NCBI RefSeq assembly: GCF_022539665.2
Contig: NC_081331.1
Location: forward strand, 5,084,001 to 5,148,000
Direction: 5' to 3'
From: Daphnia carinata
Lineage: Eukaryota
DNA: 64,000 nt
Shown here: positions 33,698 to 48,577 of the stretch, one piece after another
Numbering within the stretch: the first letter of the stretch is position 1
Layout: each line of letters opens with the position of its first letter
Position numbers and translations under genes: made by a program
Notes under the pieces: model-generated
Seen by the model: only the letters and a program-made list of their open reading frames with translations
Databases searched by the model: none
Told to the model about the DNA's origin: nothing

Positions 33698-34139
33698 TCA
33701 TCACGTTTTCAACAACAAAAATACTTGAAGCTTTTAGGCGTGAAAATCGAAATGTTTTTATCGCGAAGTGCTCAATCCAGGAAATGTCTGTTTTATTAAT
33801 ATAACTGTCGAGTTACGAATATTACGTAATAATACAGACTGTAAATTTTTGTTTTGAATTCCGTTATCTATCTATTCTAGCGGAATAAACTTCTGTGCCT
33901 TTAATGCCAAGTCAAAATTGAAATTCAAAAATGATCACTGCCATCTAGCGAAAATTTATTTTACTGCTCCGTGGGAGAGTCTCGTCTTCGCGACTTCGTT
34001 CTGCTGTCAAAGCAAGCTGACAACTTTGCCATAGTTTCTTTGAAAACGCCATTCTTGAGCCGATTCGCCAAATAACAAAGCGAATACAAGTCACTTCGTC
34101 ACTCTGGTCATCGTCTGCGAAAACACCACACCTACAAAA

Positions 34140-34766
34140 ATGTCTGAAGAATTGCCACCTGGTTGGGAGAAACGAGTAAGCCGATCGTCAGGTAATATGC
34201 AACCCCAGAAAACTATTATCTCTAGTAGAGCTTGTATGATGTTTGGGTTTAACTTCGTATTTTTATTCATTAGGAACAACTTACTATTTAAACATTTACA
34301 CAAAGGAGAGTCAATGGGATACCCCAACAAAACCAGCAGAGCCAGCTTCTTCCAATGGGCCAGAGAAGGTTTGCATTATAAATCTGTTGCTTCTGTTAAA
34401 GCTTTAAGTCATCAGCTCATGTTAAATTTGCTTTAGGTTCAATGCAGTCATCTTCTTGTCAAACACAGGGATTCTCGTAGACCGTCTTCATGGCGGCAAG
34501 ATAACATAACTATTAGCAAGGAAGAGGCAATGGATTTGTTACTGGGATACCAAGAGCAGATCATTGCTGGTGAAGCTTCATTTGCTGAATTAGCATCAAA
34601 ATACTCTGATTGCAGTTCTGCAAAGAAAGGGGGTGATCTTGGGAGCTTCGGCAGAGGAGCAATGCAAAAACCATTTGAAGATGCTGCTTTTAGCTTGAAA
34701 GTTGGAGGAATGAGTGAACCTGTGTGGACTGACTCAGGAGTTCATATTATTCTTCGTACTGCTTAG
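34140..34766 (+). CDS. Pin1: Peptidyl-prolyl cis-trans isomerase Pin1 (dodo)
   Basis: WW domain [12 protein letters not shown]...YYLN...SQW; parvulin domain [48 protein letters not shown]; 3 exons. Confidence 0.96.
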
Positions 34767-35216
34767 ATTTAAAATTCTTTTCATTGTTCTTTTACTAGAC
34801 CCTCTTGGATGTTTTCATCAATTGCATACGCCTATAAACAAAATTACTGCAAGACTGTTTGCTTCAATTGGCACACTTTTTTAGAGAAGTATTAGTTTAT
34901 ATTTAGATTATCTAAAAACTTTTTGTATTTACTTGGCATTGGGTAACATACTGCATGTTTCATGTTCGGTTACTTGAAGTTTAAAAACTTGCCAATCGAT
35001 AAGATTATGTACACAAATCGATATAACGTCACGTAGGAGTGAGGGAAACAAGTACCACACAATGAGAATATTAAAATTAGCGGGTTCAAATTACAGCTTG
35101 GCGATGATCGACAGGGCACGGTAGTTTTCTTGCGCCTTCAGAATACAGAAGGAATGGATGGTTCTCTTTTTCTTTCCCGTATATATTGAAAATGGGGCCT
35201 AAAATATCAGGATAGT

Positions 35217-36864
35217 CTATGGTTCTAGACAAGTAGTGCGGACGACGACTTCGGTAACTTGATATGGATCGGAATTGGAAGCCGGACGGCGATCTTCCAA
35301 GTAACCTTTGCGTTCTTCAGCCACTCCACGAGGCACACGAATACTGCAACCGCGATTAGCCACACCTATAGCGTTTCAATTTGAAATAATGTAAGCACAG
35401 ACTTTCTCAAAAGGACGCGTAATTGCTCGTACCAGCAGAGAAATCGTGAATAGACGAAGTTTCACAACGACCGGTCAGACGTCGTTCGTTGTCCTTGCCT
35501 TCATGGGGATCGTAAGCCTTGATGTGTTTCACGTGGCAACGAGACAGTTTCTCGATGGCTTTCTCGATTTCACTATTGATGCAAAATTTAATAATTCAGT
35601 GAATCATGTTTCATTATCATCTAGTTGTTTCAGACTTACGCAATGCCGTTTTCTTCTCGCATTGCTTTAGTGGAGAAATTGCAATGGGCTCCCGCCCCAT
35701 TCCATTCGCCCTTCATCGGCTTAGGATCCAACGAAACATTGACGCCAAAATCTTCGGCAACGCGATGCAAAATGTAGCGGGCCATCCACAAATCGTCACC
35801 CATGGTAATACCTTCACAAGGACCAACCTGGAATTCCCACTGTGCAAAAAACAAAGTGATAACGATAAGTAAAATGACCTTTGAAATAATTCATGTTATC
35901 TTTTATATCAATATTTTCAAGGATTCAAAACATTATTATTACCTGAGCGGGCATGACTTCGGCATTAGTGCCGGAGATATTGACCCCAGCGTAAATGGCA
36001 GCACGATAATGGGCTTCGACAATATCTCGGCCGAAAACCTTGTTGGCTCCAACACCACAATAATAAGGTCCCTGCGGCCCTGGGAAGCCGTTTTTTGGCC
36101 AGCCGAAGGGATGGAGATCGGAATCGAGTAGGGTGTACTCTTGTTCAATACCGAACCAGGGCTCGAATTCAGCAGCCAATTTCATGGCCTCCAAACAGGA
36201 ATTGCGATGGTTCGATTCCGTCGGTTTCTTGTTGTATTTGTAAGTGTCGCAGAGGACCAATCGGTTGTTGCCCAAGCTAAACGGATCGCGGTAGATGGCC
36301 ACTGGATACAGGTAGACATCCGAATTGCTGCCTTCAGCCTGGTAGGTAGAGCTACCGTCGTAGTTCCAAATCGGCAATTCTGCAGGGACAAAGAAACAAA
36401 GTGCGATTGTTACATAAGACACGGAAATTTAAATAGGTTCCATAAATGGCCGAAAGCGAACAGGTTTTAAACAAAAGATGCAAAATTGTTTCCAGTCGTA
36501 ACCGGACTGAACCACCTCAGTCCACTTTGCAATCATCAAGGCCATTAGAAACTACGAAAACATCTACAAAAACAGAACGTGCCAAATTTACATAAATGGC
36601 GAAGGCGTATCCGGAATAAGTAAACGAGAAACAGCACCGTTTAAGGTACCAAAACGCAATAGAAATACTAGTTTTTTTTTATTAATTACCAGAAGGACTC
36701 TTGGGGAGGAAATCGATGGTTCTCGTCTTTGCACGGACGTATTCTCCAGTTCCGTCGATCCAGATGTATGTGGCCATGACTTTGTCATCTGGCTGCGGGA
36801 GTCTCATATAGCGATCCAGCACCGCTTTGTTGGTAGCTGACGCATTCGACATTAGACCAGCCAT
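35217..36864 (-). CDS. Gs2: Glutamine synthetase (type II)
   Basis: [75 protein letters not shown]; 5 coding exons. Confidence 0.96.
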
Positions 36865-39800
36865 TGTTCCTCTTGTCTGGGTTCCGCGATCTTACACCAA
36901 TAATTTTCAATTGTGAGGGTTTTAAAACACCAACGTTCTGCTCTAAATCATAAAAAGAAATAAGTATAAAATTAACATTTGATAACAATTAATGGAGTTC
37001 TGCCGCTGTCTTAAATGGTTAAAAACAGTAATTCTAGCGTTGGGTCAACGGGTAAACAAGGGCGATTGTTGCATCATTTCGTTCGTTTCCTTGCCAAACT
37101 TACTCATCTTCTCTGGTACAGCAACAAAGAGATGAAAGAAAAGAGTTGGGGGCAGAAAGGCAAAACATTTTGAGTAGGGATTAAGGCTATGGAGAGGGAG
37201 TGGGTGGTTGGCTTCACGAGCTGGGCTGGATTCGTTCGGAAAACCGCACCGAACTGGATAGACGTAACCACCGTGAACCAGTCGGAACTGGATTTAGCAC
37301 ACAAAGGAGATGGATTCGCACTGCAGAGCAGGGAAAGTCCTTCACGAGAAATGCGCACGCGCAGCAGAGAATACCCCTACACACAGGACCTACACTGACA
37401 CAAAACGGGAGACTCCTCATGGCAACAGCCCAAGACCGTCGCGGGATTTCCGTACGCTATGAACTCGCTCCTCGTCATACTCGGTATCTTAGTAATTTTA
37501 AGAAATTACCAATAAATTTGCGAAATGTCATAGGACAAAAGTGGCAGATAAATATTGTGTTAAAAAGGCTCAGGAGAACCCGTAAAAATAAGGATTTTCA
37601 CGGTAAATTCGCCAAACAAGAGGGACAGCTCACCGTCACTTGTTGACGCGGAATGGATCGTAACATCACGTGATCAGTCTCGCAGTTTGACCTACTTATA
37701 CGCCCATATGATCGCGCCTCAGCAACAGCATGCTACTTTCGATTTTCCTCAGATCGTTTCGTTCTTTTGTTTAGCCTGGAAATCTAATCACATCAAAATC
37801 TAGTAAACAGGGGTGGGGTCGCATATGAAAGTAATAACTTTTTTAAAAAATTCAACTAAGACAAGGACGCGGGAGGGAGGCAATATACGCCCATTCAGCA
37901 GCTATTTTGACCTCACTCGACCTTGACCCTCGAAAAATCTCCACCCCAATATTAAAACATCGTAAAGCTACAACAGACTTTTAAGTAATGCAAACGTTCT
38001 AAAATGGGGAAAAAAACTAGAAAAAAAAGGACCGTTTAACTCGTACCCGAATTTTGTTTTGATGTGGCAAAGAAACGTGTGGTTCAGCGTGGATAGACTG
38101 CTTCTCGGTGAGCTTGCTCTGTTGACTCCTCGTGTTCAAAGAAGCTAGTGGTTTGAGCTGCTAGTCGAACGCTCGGCAGTTTTTATAGAGACGAGTGAGA
38201 GGCCCCTCCTTGTCAAGTTTCGTTTGAGACACCAAAAGAGTGACCGAGTGAAAGGCTATTGGTTCGGAAACTGGGATGTACCCCCCTCTTTCCTCCCATA
38301 AAAGATATATACTGGAACAGAACACAGTGCAAGAAATGGAGATGGAGTCGTTCAAAAAAAAAACCTCCTCCTGCCTCCCACCTAGGACACACAACAAAAA
38401 GAAAGAGAGCAGGCAGTCTATAGCCTCTATCTATGAGGTAATACGCTAGGTACACTAAGAATCAAGCCAAATACCGAGCCCTTACAGCACAAAAATTGTC
38501 ATGTCTTTTCTGTGGAAGCGTGCATTCGGCAGTACGACTGCTGCACGTTCCCTCTCTAAAAAACAAGACGACCGACCAATAGCAATCGGCATCGCACGTG
38601 ATACCCTACTGATCAGTTCCACACGGCCCTTTCAATTTCTTAATAATTTTTTTAATCGTTTTCTTTGTTTGTTTTTTTTCCCCCAACGGGCTTCACGGTC
38701 AAATACTTTAAGTTTTCGGTTTGAGATATTCACTGTTCTAGTATTTTGATTACATTTTTTTTTGTTTGATCTCGAAAGCCTAGTTTCTCAGCAATAGCCA
38801 TCAGCTAAAGCAATAATAATCGTGACGTGTTTGAAACTTAAGGACGTATAAATACGGTTTTACCATGAAATTTCACCTTTGTACTTGCAGTCTGTTAGAC
38901 AAGTTCGTTGTTTACGTCGTGTTTTTGGAGTGATAGCTATTCAGGGCAAAGAGGGAAAAAAACAAAAAAATATTGTAACCGTACAACCTTTGATTGTTGA
39001 ACAATAATTGCTTCAGTTAAAAACAAACGACGTCATCGCTGGACGAAAAGTACCTACGACTAGATAGCGTTTAGCCTTGTTATTGATGGTCAACTGTCGT
39101 CTGCAGTCTATTTCTGTTTACTTCGCAGGTTAAAAGATGTTGTTGTCTCAGTTTTCATTTCAAGTTTTTATCCCAAGGACAAAATTTTTACGTCTTCCAT
39201 GCACAATCCGTGTGGCCCGATGATTAGGAATTATCACTCATCTTGCTAATATTTCAGTTAGCAGTAAAGACCTCGAGCAAATTCAAATAATTGCCTTGAA
39301 CACACGGTTGGATCAGGTACAATCCCTCTACAATGTATCTTTTTTTTTCTTTCTTACCGTGATAGCAGATTGCAAATTGTCCTTGACTAAACACAGCCCA
39401 TCTAACTGTAGCGCTTATGAGAGAGATGGTCTTATTAGAAGGAAGAGTAGGTCGAATTCGAAGGTCAATCGACCAACGGTTTCCTTCCTACCGTCTATTG
39501 CAGATTGGAAGTGTCCTCTTTGGTTGCGAAACACTTTCCAATGAAACGAGTAAGGAAGCGAGCATAAAATTTTTACTAGCGACAGGAGCACTTGTAAGTA
39601 TATTTGCCTTGTGAGATTTGACGATATCGCTTCCTCCGTACTCGCATTGACTTTCATAACATGGGCAAAGCTCTCTACGCAAAGATAATAAACTACGGTA
39701 TCATTAAGAAAATAAAATCTGAGTTACCCTAGCTTATTTGCGTAAGAAATGAACCTTCACCTTTTTAAAAAGCTGGCATGGTTAGTGAGACGGTTTCGGT

Positions 39801-42425
39801 GATAATATATTGATCAGAGACTTTCCCAAGGCCAAGAGACCCCAAAAAAGATCTACGTAAATTGTCTAAGAATGTCTGAGACTAAATGCGACTCTGCCGT
39901 GTTGTGGACCTCCACAACCCTAGAAAAAGCGAAAGCTTCTACGTTGGGCGAGAGCGAGGAAAGGGAAGGGTTTTGTTTTGTTCGTTATTGTTTTACAGGT
40001 CTATTTGTGTTTTCTCTAAGTAGGCCGTGAACAAGGTATTGAGAATCTAGCAGCAAATTTGAATGTACAATTTGTTTCCGTCGTTGTTCCGTCGTTTAAA
40101 TTAAATTTTAAATGACACAATTTAATGTAGTATAACGTCAAGAAGATGTTGCAAGAGATGCAGTTTGATCTATTTAGGCTTTAAATTAACGCCCTTTTCA
40201 TTACAAAAGAGGCTGCATTCGGATGTTGAAATCCTCTTGTACGGGAAATTGAGGATAAGGTCAACGATGTTTATGTTTTCAAACTGGAACGTCTTGTTGT
40301 TGTTGTTGTTGACAACGCCTTTGCGGAAGACGCACTTGGAAGTAATGCGAGCCTTGTTGACACGAAAAGAAACCGATTCGCTAAACACGATTACGCAGTT
40401 TGATAAGACAAAAAAATGTTTTGCATGGCAGGAAGAGTACGACGTCGCAGTAAATAGAATGACGTCATATTTAAACTGTTGCAAACATTATCAACAGGCG
40501 ATTGAAACATTGGCAGTTATCGAGCTGGTTTCTTTTTGTAAGATAAGCCAGAAGGGCTCGTACGCATTTGTTGAAGCCCCCAAAAAACAAAAAAAAACAA
40601 ATATCAACCTAAAAATTCAATAACAAAAACAACCGGTTACGATTTGGCTTAGAAAGTCATCCGAAACGGTCAGCCATATGAGAATCAAAATAGGCTTCTA
40701 CTTCGTGAGCAAACTGGCTCAGTCTTGATAGGCAGTCAAATTTATATTGTATCTAATTACTGTTATCAGAAATCTCGTCCTCAAGCTACTTGCATGCCTC
40801 CATTCAGCCGTACTTTGGACTTTCCCTTCCACAGAATACCTAATGATCTTATAATAGATGGCGCGGTGTCGGCAATTTCTATCGATCCAAATCATCACAA
40901 AATAACAACCACGGGCCCTCACGTTGACTCAAATTTTACACAGCCCGCAAAGAATTATACGAACGATAAAGTAAAGACGAAATAGAAGGTGTAGTATGCT
41001 TGCGTTTTCTACCGTTACAATTGTGTACAAGAGCCACGAAAACAGATAGATGGTTAAAAGACTCTTTGCAGCCGATTGTCTGATGTCCTTCAGGCAAACG
41101 AAGGTTGCTGAAATCTTTTAAGGCGAGCATCCGAGTATCAACAAGGTCAACTAACCGAAAGAGGTTGATGGCCAGAAAAACTACGCTGTTTATTGTGGCA
41201 GCATGAAATCCAAGCTAGGCGTACGTGTGTGCAAAACATCCAGCTTACTGCTGTTTCCGAGACGTGCAAAATCCCATGCTTAGGATTTCCCATTTTCGGA
41301 TATTCAATGCCGAGGCTCTACCGTCTCATTCTGTGTTTCTGAGAAAACCCTAGGGCACCAGGAAGCGTGAATTTCGCGTGAACTTTACTGTTTACTATAC
41401 TGTTCTTTGCGACATCTAACAGTAGCTGTTTAAAATGCATTTACACTACTACGCTAAAGAAAAAAGAGAAACGGGAATTTCCTCGGTTTTCCCAAACATG
41501 TTAAGGGTTTCCCCGCAATTATGCATGTGTTCTTAATTTGTTTTGAAATGCTTTAGGATATTTCAGCAGTGTCATTTTTAGGGAATTTCTCATTTTAAAC
41601 GTAGCTTAAATATTGGAGAGTTGTGCTAACGGTTCTTTTACACTGTTTGGCTTTCTTAGATTAGAATTTAAAATTTATAGCGTTGATGTAATTAAATAAA
41701 TAAATAGTACACTATTTTGTCGCTGTTATCACATTCATGGTGATGCTTCAAATAGGTTACTAATCGAATGATTTCGCTTACTAGAATACAGAGATAGCCC
41801 GATGCTGCTGGGATAAAAACTCGGAGCTCTATCGGACAAAAGTGGCACAAATCGTAGAATTGTTTTCTACGCCGATAATGGTTTGAAAATATTTAGCCTC
41901 ATTTTTGATATTTTGTTTTCAAGTCGGTAAGAAGTTAAAAACCATAAATTCACAAAACACACCAAAGCAAATAATGCCGGTTATACGAGCATCGTAGTTT
42001 GGAAACTGTAAAATAGGTGGCGGAGTTGGTTGTCATTCAAATGACAAGCAGACGTGACTGACTACTTTATGTAAGAAAACAGTTTGTAAGCGCGTTACTA
42101 TGTTAAGAAAGTGAACGAATGCCACCATCTATCATCTGGCATCCACTTGTTTGTTTTTGTCTAGAAGTTGTCATTAGCTTCGGTGTAAACATTTACAGGT
42201 AAACCGAAACAGTTTCAGAAATGCTGGTTGCCCAGCGTCGTCTCCGCGTCAGCTTCAATGAGTGAAAGCGTCAGAATCCCCTTGTTCAGGAGTCTAAATT
42301 TATTTTGAGGCCAACAAGAAAGGAGAGGTTTTAAGATGACTTTGACGACCAACCGTTAGGTCTTGTAATCGCCCAGAAAGTGAAGAGTTTCTGCTTTTTC
42401 GTGCCCAAGCTTATCTTCTTGAAGA

Positions 42426-44726
42426 ATGGATACCGCAGTCAGTCCTATAGACATCCCTTTGTTGCCCACTCCTTCGACAAGTTCTGCTAGTCCCAGTGTT
42501 GAACTCAGGCATGATTTTGAAGTGCTCAGCAGTAATGCTACAGATTTCTCGTCTGCACACACAAGTCCTGATGATTTCAGGAACTCTCATGCCAAAGAGT
42601 GTGAAGTGATGTGTCCCGAACCTAAAAGCATGATTGCAGACAGTCTGAAAATCTCTCAACGCAAGCAGCCACGGACCTGCCCTGTTGTGTATGAGAGTCA
42701 GATATCACCAGAGCTGGAAGGTATCAAACTCAAGATTAAAAAGTCTCCAACACAAGAAGTGTTGCATCAGAGCACATCAACAACAGCAGCTGGGCCAAGA
42801 AACAAACCCAAAACTGTCAGATTGAAAACACCAAGGGCCCGCAAACCGACGGCGGCGGGACCCAAAGGCAGAAGACGTAAAAGAAGGAAGAAAGGCCAGT
42901 CTGACGATGGTTCTGATGAAAATGAAGAAGATCAATACGATTTTGTGCACATAAATGGTTCATCAGCGGTGACTGTTAACGACAATATTGGAGCCCAAAG
43001 TGTCTGGGCTAACGAGCGAATGCCCCCTGAAATCTTGTCCAAAATTTTCATGGAAGTGACTTACACTGAAGGATGCGTCCCCACCTTGGTCAGGTAAGAA
43101 TATTAACAGCCATTACTTTACCCTTGAATCGCAAAATAGAACGTTTTGTGTTCGTACAGGTTATCGCGAGTTTGTCGGCTGTGGTGGAAAGTTTCCACGG
43201 GACCGTTGTTATGGCATACAGTTGATCTAGCTACAGGCCGAGTTAAAGAAAAACATCGAACAGAGGGAAAACTTCTTTGGCTTCTTCGCAATCGGTTATC
43301 GCGCGTACAAGATTTGGCTCTAGGTAACTATCAATAAAACATTTCATTGGTGACATTTTTATAAACTTCTTTATTACATGCACTTTCTAGGTGGCTGGAA
43401 TTCTGCACTGAGTCGAGCTGCAGTTGAAGATTTGTCTCGAACCTGCAATGATCTGAAAGCGCTGAGCCTTACTGGTTGCAAAGGTTTGATGGGTGATAGT
43501 CTGTTGAACGTCATACAAAAGTGCAAAAGTTTACAAAAGCTTGACCTGTCGGCCATTTCGGTAAGATTTAAATATATTGTGAATGATTGAAAAAATTAAA
43601 AATTGAATCTCCATCTTTTCATCGTAGCCTTACACGGCCAACCCACGGGGAGCCATTTCGAGTGGAACCTTGTGTGAGCTAACCAAAGTAATGGGCAGTC
43701 GGCTTTCCCATTTGAATTTGGCGAATAACTGCACGACGGGAATTCAGCAGATTGTCATTGCTCTAGCGGTAATACCTTATTCTACAAGTGAATTTTCATA
43801 ATCCAGCGGTGGCTAACGATTCCTTTTTAGGTTTCTTGTCCTAACCTGCAAGTTTTAGACTTGTCTAACACACGGACGGCTACGCGGGACACGGTTTGCA
43901 TTAACATCGAACAGTTGCAAGAAGGTTGTCCCAAGTTAAGGGTCTTGCGTCTGACCAATAGCCTCATCCGGCTATCAGCTACGCCTCTTAAAGATCAAGC
44001 CGCATCTCTTGGATTTCCTCACCTAGAGGAGCTCAGTATTGCGGTCGACCCCAAGGCCTACATCTCGCTAGACAATGCTTCAATTGAACGTATTCTCAAA
44101 AACGCTCATAAATTACGACTACTTGACGTCCGCGGATGCACTTCCATCACCAATTCTAGTTTGGTCCGCGTTCCGGCCTGGGATCTCGAACATCTCTTTT
44201 TATCAGGTATCATATATACCTATGGGAAAATTAACAAAAAATAATCATTTTTAATACCTTCCACAGGCTGCACCGCAACACGCCACTCAGCCGATGGGCT
44301 GGAACTAGTAGTCAGAAAATGGCGCCACAGTTTGGTCGAAATTGATCTCTCTTGGACATCTGTCAGTGAAGCTCTCGACCAGGCAGTTATGGCTCTTGCC
44401 GAAGACCCAGAATCACCTCTTAAGTGAGTCTTCACTCACTTTTTACTTTAGCCGTTTCTACTTTTACGCGTATAAACGCGGTACATTAATTATTATATTT
44501 CATTTTTTGCAGAGTATTGGACTTATGTGGATCATCGGTTAGTTTTCCGCCTATTCGTCAAGTGCTGTGTCATTGCAGTCGACTGCGTACGCTAAACCTG
44601 TCTTCGTGTCGAGCTCTCCCGCGTGGAATCAAGCGCCTTTATGACGGCGTCACTCAACTGTCTTTATTAAGAACAGCTATCCAAGCAGGTCGGTTTGACG
44701 ATAACAATGATCAGGTTGACGACTAA
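42426..44726 (+). CDS. FBXL6: F-box/LRR-repeat protein 6-like
   Basis: Basic NLS-like stretch, F-box (MPPEILSKIF...LVRLSRVCRLW), then AMN1-type LRRs (CPNLQVLDLSN, GCPKLRVLRL, LRLLDVRGC, KWRHSLVEIDLSW); 7-8 exons. Confidence 0.85.
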
Positions 44727-45689
44727 TGAGGAAAATTCGCAAAACACCCCCTCATCGTTCGTTTAATAACCGTATCAACCTTCCCAACCTTTCCCCCATC
44801 CTCCTCTTCTTCAATTATCTATCCGGTGATACCGGCCTTCTGTTTTAAATTATTAGTGACCAAAGTGGTTATGAAGCAATAGGGCGAACTATGCCAGTTT
44901 CTTCTCTAGCCACTTGAGTTGTATTGTATTTAATGGTACGTCGCAGTTATAATGACCCAGGAGCCTATTCTGAAAATACTCCGTGCAGTCGACATCATTA
45001 TATACTTTTAGTGTGTTCAATAAGTCCGTGCCCATGCCATATACGACAAATACTAAAAGTTCTTATTAAGTTTTTGACAATGTTATCCATTTTACAAAGG
45101 ACAAATGATATCTACTATCTTCTCGTGTGTTAACATTGTCTGTTCATTGTTTCGTTTTCTTTCAATTTGTTGGATCACCTTCTCAAAACTGCTACAATTA
45201 CGTATACCTGTTCACCCTTCTTTTCCTGAACTTCAGTTTTTTCGCTAATCCGTTTTGTTGTTGTTTTATTTTGTTTTCATCTTCTTCCACTTTCTCATCC
45301 TTTTCTTTCTCTCTTGCTATATATACCGAAAGCCAAGTATTGAAAGATCATTAGTACATTTAAATTTTTCTTTTATTATTAAACATAGTTCAAAGGCTTT
45401 TGCACAACTCAGAATTGTTTGGTATAATTGTAAGCGTGAGTGTGTGCGGTGCGTGTTTCGCTAGCCTCGGGAGTTCCGCGTGAACGTCGTGATTGTATAC
45501 AGCATGGAGGAGTTGGAAACCTTAGGTTTGCTCCGTAGGTTTGCTCTCTCGTGTACGATTATTGACGTATTATATTCGTGTATGCTGTTCATATACAAAA
45601 ATATACTCCCTGAACTTGATGATCGGAATAAAAAAAAATGAAATAATTTCATCGATGCAACTTTAAAAGCTATAGAAGTGTACAAAAAC

Positions 45690-46076
45690 CGAAGATGAGA
45701 CGAATTTTAAGAAAAAGCGTCGCCATTCAGGCCGGGCTTATAGCATTTTAGAAAAACAAAATAAACGGGAAAGAAATTAAGCCCGACAAGAAAAAGTCGG
45801 CCTTCCCACTTTTGTCAAAATCGGCAAAAAATAAAAACTCTTAGAATCCCGATAAAAATCACAACAGAACAAGCAAAATTAAACGCTGATTTCGATAACG
45901 TGGTTTATATTTGGGTCAAATCAATCGTTTTTGAATTATACTGAATATTAAACGCAATGCTCGAGCGGTGGTACGACCAGCCCTAGCGCGCCAGTACACA
46001 CCAGCGCCAGCGCGATGCAGCACAAATATTCAATGTATTTCAAAAACGGTTGGCCCAATGAAAAAAGGAACGACTT
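45690..46076. repeat. Copy of the dispersed AT-rich repeat also found at 51646-51990 (direct) and 52005-52300 (inverted); interrupted by the foldback element
   Basis: GGCCTTCCCACTT.TGTCAAAATC.GCAAAAA...AAAACTCTTAGAAT block is shared; the sequence resumes at 50727. Confidence 0.75.
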
Positions 46077-46186
46077 ATGGCAATCCGTTTTACACAAAAA
46101 AAAAAAAAATTTCGCCAAAAAAAAAAAAAAAATCACACTTTTTTCTTTTTTTCCGACACGTAGCCATCTACCGCTCAGACTCGTTA

Positions 46187-47040
46187 TGACTGGCGTAGGC
46201 AATTTCAGTCCATTGGATTCCATTCGCAGTTAGTTCAGTAGCGTGGATGGAAAATAACGCGTGGCTGGAGGAACAATTGAAAAATGGATAAGATAATACA
46301 ACAAAAGGATGGTAAGTATAAACATTATTATATTGGTTTTCAATTATCAATTATTGTTTATTAGATCAAATTATGAAGCTGCAGGCCCAGTTATTGGAAC
46401 AACACAAAATATTAGATAACAACAAAGCTAAGGATCGTAGGCCTATACGAAATGATTCTATTTATTTGCTTTTATTCATTCGTGTTTTGTAGCTCAAATT
46501 TTGAGTCTACAAACTCAGCTAGGGGAAAAGAACAAATTGGAACGAAACAGTTTCCAAACAGTGAAGGAGGTTTTTCAAAACTCATCCCTAACTGAACGTG
46601 AGGATGAGTTGGCATTAGGCGAACACAGCCAGGTACCTAAACTTTTCAAATAAGAATTCAAAATAAGTATAGAATTTTAACAAACAATTATTTATTGTTT
46701 AGTTATTCAGTCCACTACCTGACAGTGTGTTAAAGTTAAATTCTGTTAGTGCTGCACTAAAAGAATTGTTAGTAATAAGCCCATGCAGTGAAGGAACTGA
46801 ACAATTGTGGGACCATATTTGGGCTGAAAATGGGTGTGGTACAGAAACCCAGAAATGGCACAAGTTCAACATGAAACATGGATTAGGTACTTTTCGGGTT
46901 TTTGTCTATCGAAAAAGTATTTTTAATGCTATTATTTTGCATTCACAGAATTTTAGCAGGGGATCAAGTCAAGTCTGGAAGTGTTACAGGATGGAAGAGT
47001 CAGCCTACAGTTGAAAAAAAACACAGAGTGCATTACCATT
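46187..47040 (+). pseudogene. Degenerate spliced gene of unknown product in the left arm (mirror copy at ~49780-50620 on the minus strand)
   Basis: Series of short GT-AG introns joining open exons (QIMKLQAQLLEQHK, LSLQTQLGEKN, LKLNSVSAALKELLVISPCSEGTEQLWDHIWAENGCG), interrupted by in-frame stops. Confidence 0.5.
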
Positions 47041-48410
47041 AAGGTATGAGGTAAAGTAATTGGGTATGCACATTGTCTAATGAGAAGTACCATCTTGTGT
47101 GAATGAATCCTGTATAACAGCAATCCTTTATAGTTCTGTCACAGCTAGAAGCCTCAAATAATTCTGCTTCCCTTGCTAAAGAACAACTTGTCCTTTACGC
47201 TCAGTGTTGGTGAAGCTGGGTACTTAAATGGCCCTAAAGATGTTTCACTTCACTGGCATTGCAGCGATGAACATCATACATGGACTCTTTAGGTATGAAA
47301 GGAATTTTCTTGAAAATTTTTTGAATTTATGATGAAGCTTTTCTCCTCCTTTTTGCCAACCATGTCTAATCTACAAAAAAAAATTTATCCAATAGGAAAG
47401 GATTTTCAGCATACTGGGAACACAACTATCAACAATGCAACATTCTAGGGGTTTTATTTTATCATTCAAGAGCCTTATACAATGATTTTCATCTGCAATT
47501 TGTATGGCCTTTCCCAAGCTTCTGCTAGAAGTTGAATCTATGAGTCATGTAAGTCATATGAGCAACAATTGAGATGCTTAATGGTGTTTTTCTTTTCTCA
47601 GTGTAGGTTAATAGTAACATTGGATCTGAAAAAATTCTTGGTTGGGGCATGACACTGAATAAATTGTAATGATTGAATGGATGACATGACATTTCTATAC
47701 TTCATTCGGATTCCCGAGACGGTATTTTATATTTAAAAAATTGAAGTGCATATCTGGGCTCCCTTCCTTTCCGTAGCCCCGTTTCCCCTTGACTCGTAAT
47801 AAGCCCGTAGGGGGTCATGCCCCTACTGTACGGTATATATAAAAACAACATATACCGAGGTTTGGAGGGCTCTGGCCGGAAAGGGGACGTGGATGTCCGC
47901 TTAGTCCGATGATGTGTTCACGGAGGGCTCTGTGGCTACCCACAAATCCGAACTAAAGGTTAATCGCTCCTGTAAAAATGTTCCAAATCTTCAGCTCTTC
48001 TTCCGGCTTCTCTTAGCCAATCACCGGGTAATCTCCCCGGTGGGTCAACAAGGCAGTGTCTCCCCCTGCCTGGGTTGACGGCAACTTTTGAAAGGGCTAT
48101 TGTGCCTTTTTAAAGTTGCAAAAATAATTGTAATGTGCAGAAAATTGTCAATAAATTTTTTTTTCATAAAATATTTTTTGCAAAATTTGTCTTTCATTGT
48201 CTGTGTTCGCTTTGTTCACACATTACAATTACCAATTTTTTTTATATATAGATTGCTCAATTCATCTTTATTGTTTTTGCCACCGTTGTATCGTTTATCT
48301 GTAAGTATTCAATTATTATTATTACACTTTTTGAATTCTTGAACTTAGACAAGGAACAACGTGTAATACCTGGATATTTTCAAGTGTAATTTTGTATTTA
48401 TATATTGTTT

Positions 48411-48478
48411 TACTGGCATGGGAATCGATCCCCAGACATTCAGCGTGCAACGCCGATGCTCTAACATTGAGCCACGAG
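48411..48478 (-). repeat. tRNA-derived sequence (SINE head or pseudo-tRNA)
   Basis: Reverse complement has A box-like TGGCTCAATGTTAGAGC, stem TCGGC/GCTGA and B box-like GGATCGATTCC; acceptor stem does not pair. Confidence 0.55.
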
Positions 48479-48577
48479 ATATATTTAAAATTTTATTATC
48501 GCATATCATATGTTATCGTCTAGGATGTTTATGCAGTCTTTCACAACTATATGTTTATCTTTCTATTGTTTTCGTAA

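Noticed and set aside
37104..37358. 84-aa ORF as a mitochondrial presequence for glutamine synthetase
   Set aside because: It ends in TGA at the donor. Only a short in-frame extension ([10 protein letters not shown]) is possible from ATG A|GTAAGT
39296..41130. ORFs of 64-152 aa between glutamine synthetase and FBXL6
   Set aside because: No recognisable domain and no coherent spliced model could be built; may be decayed or non-coding
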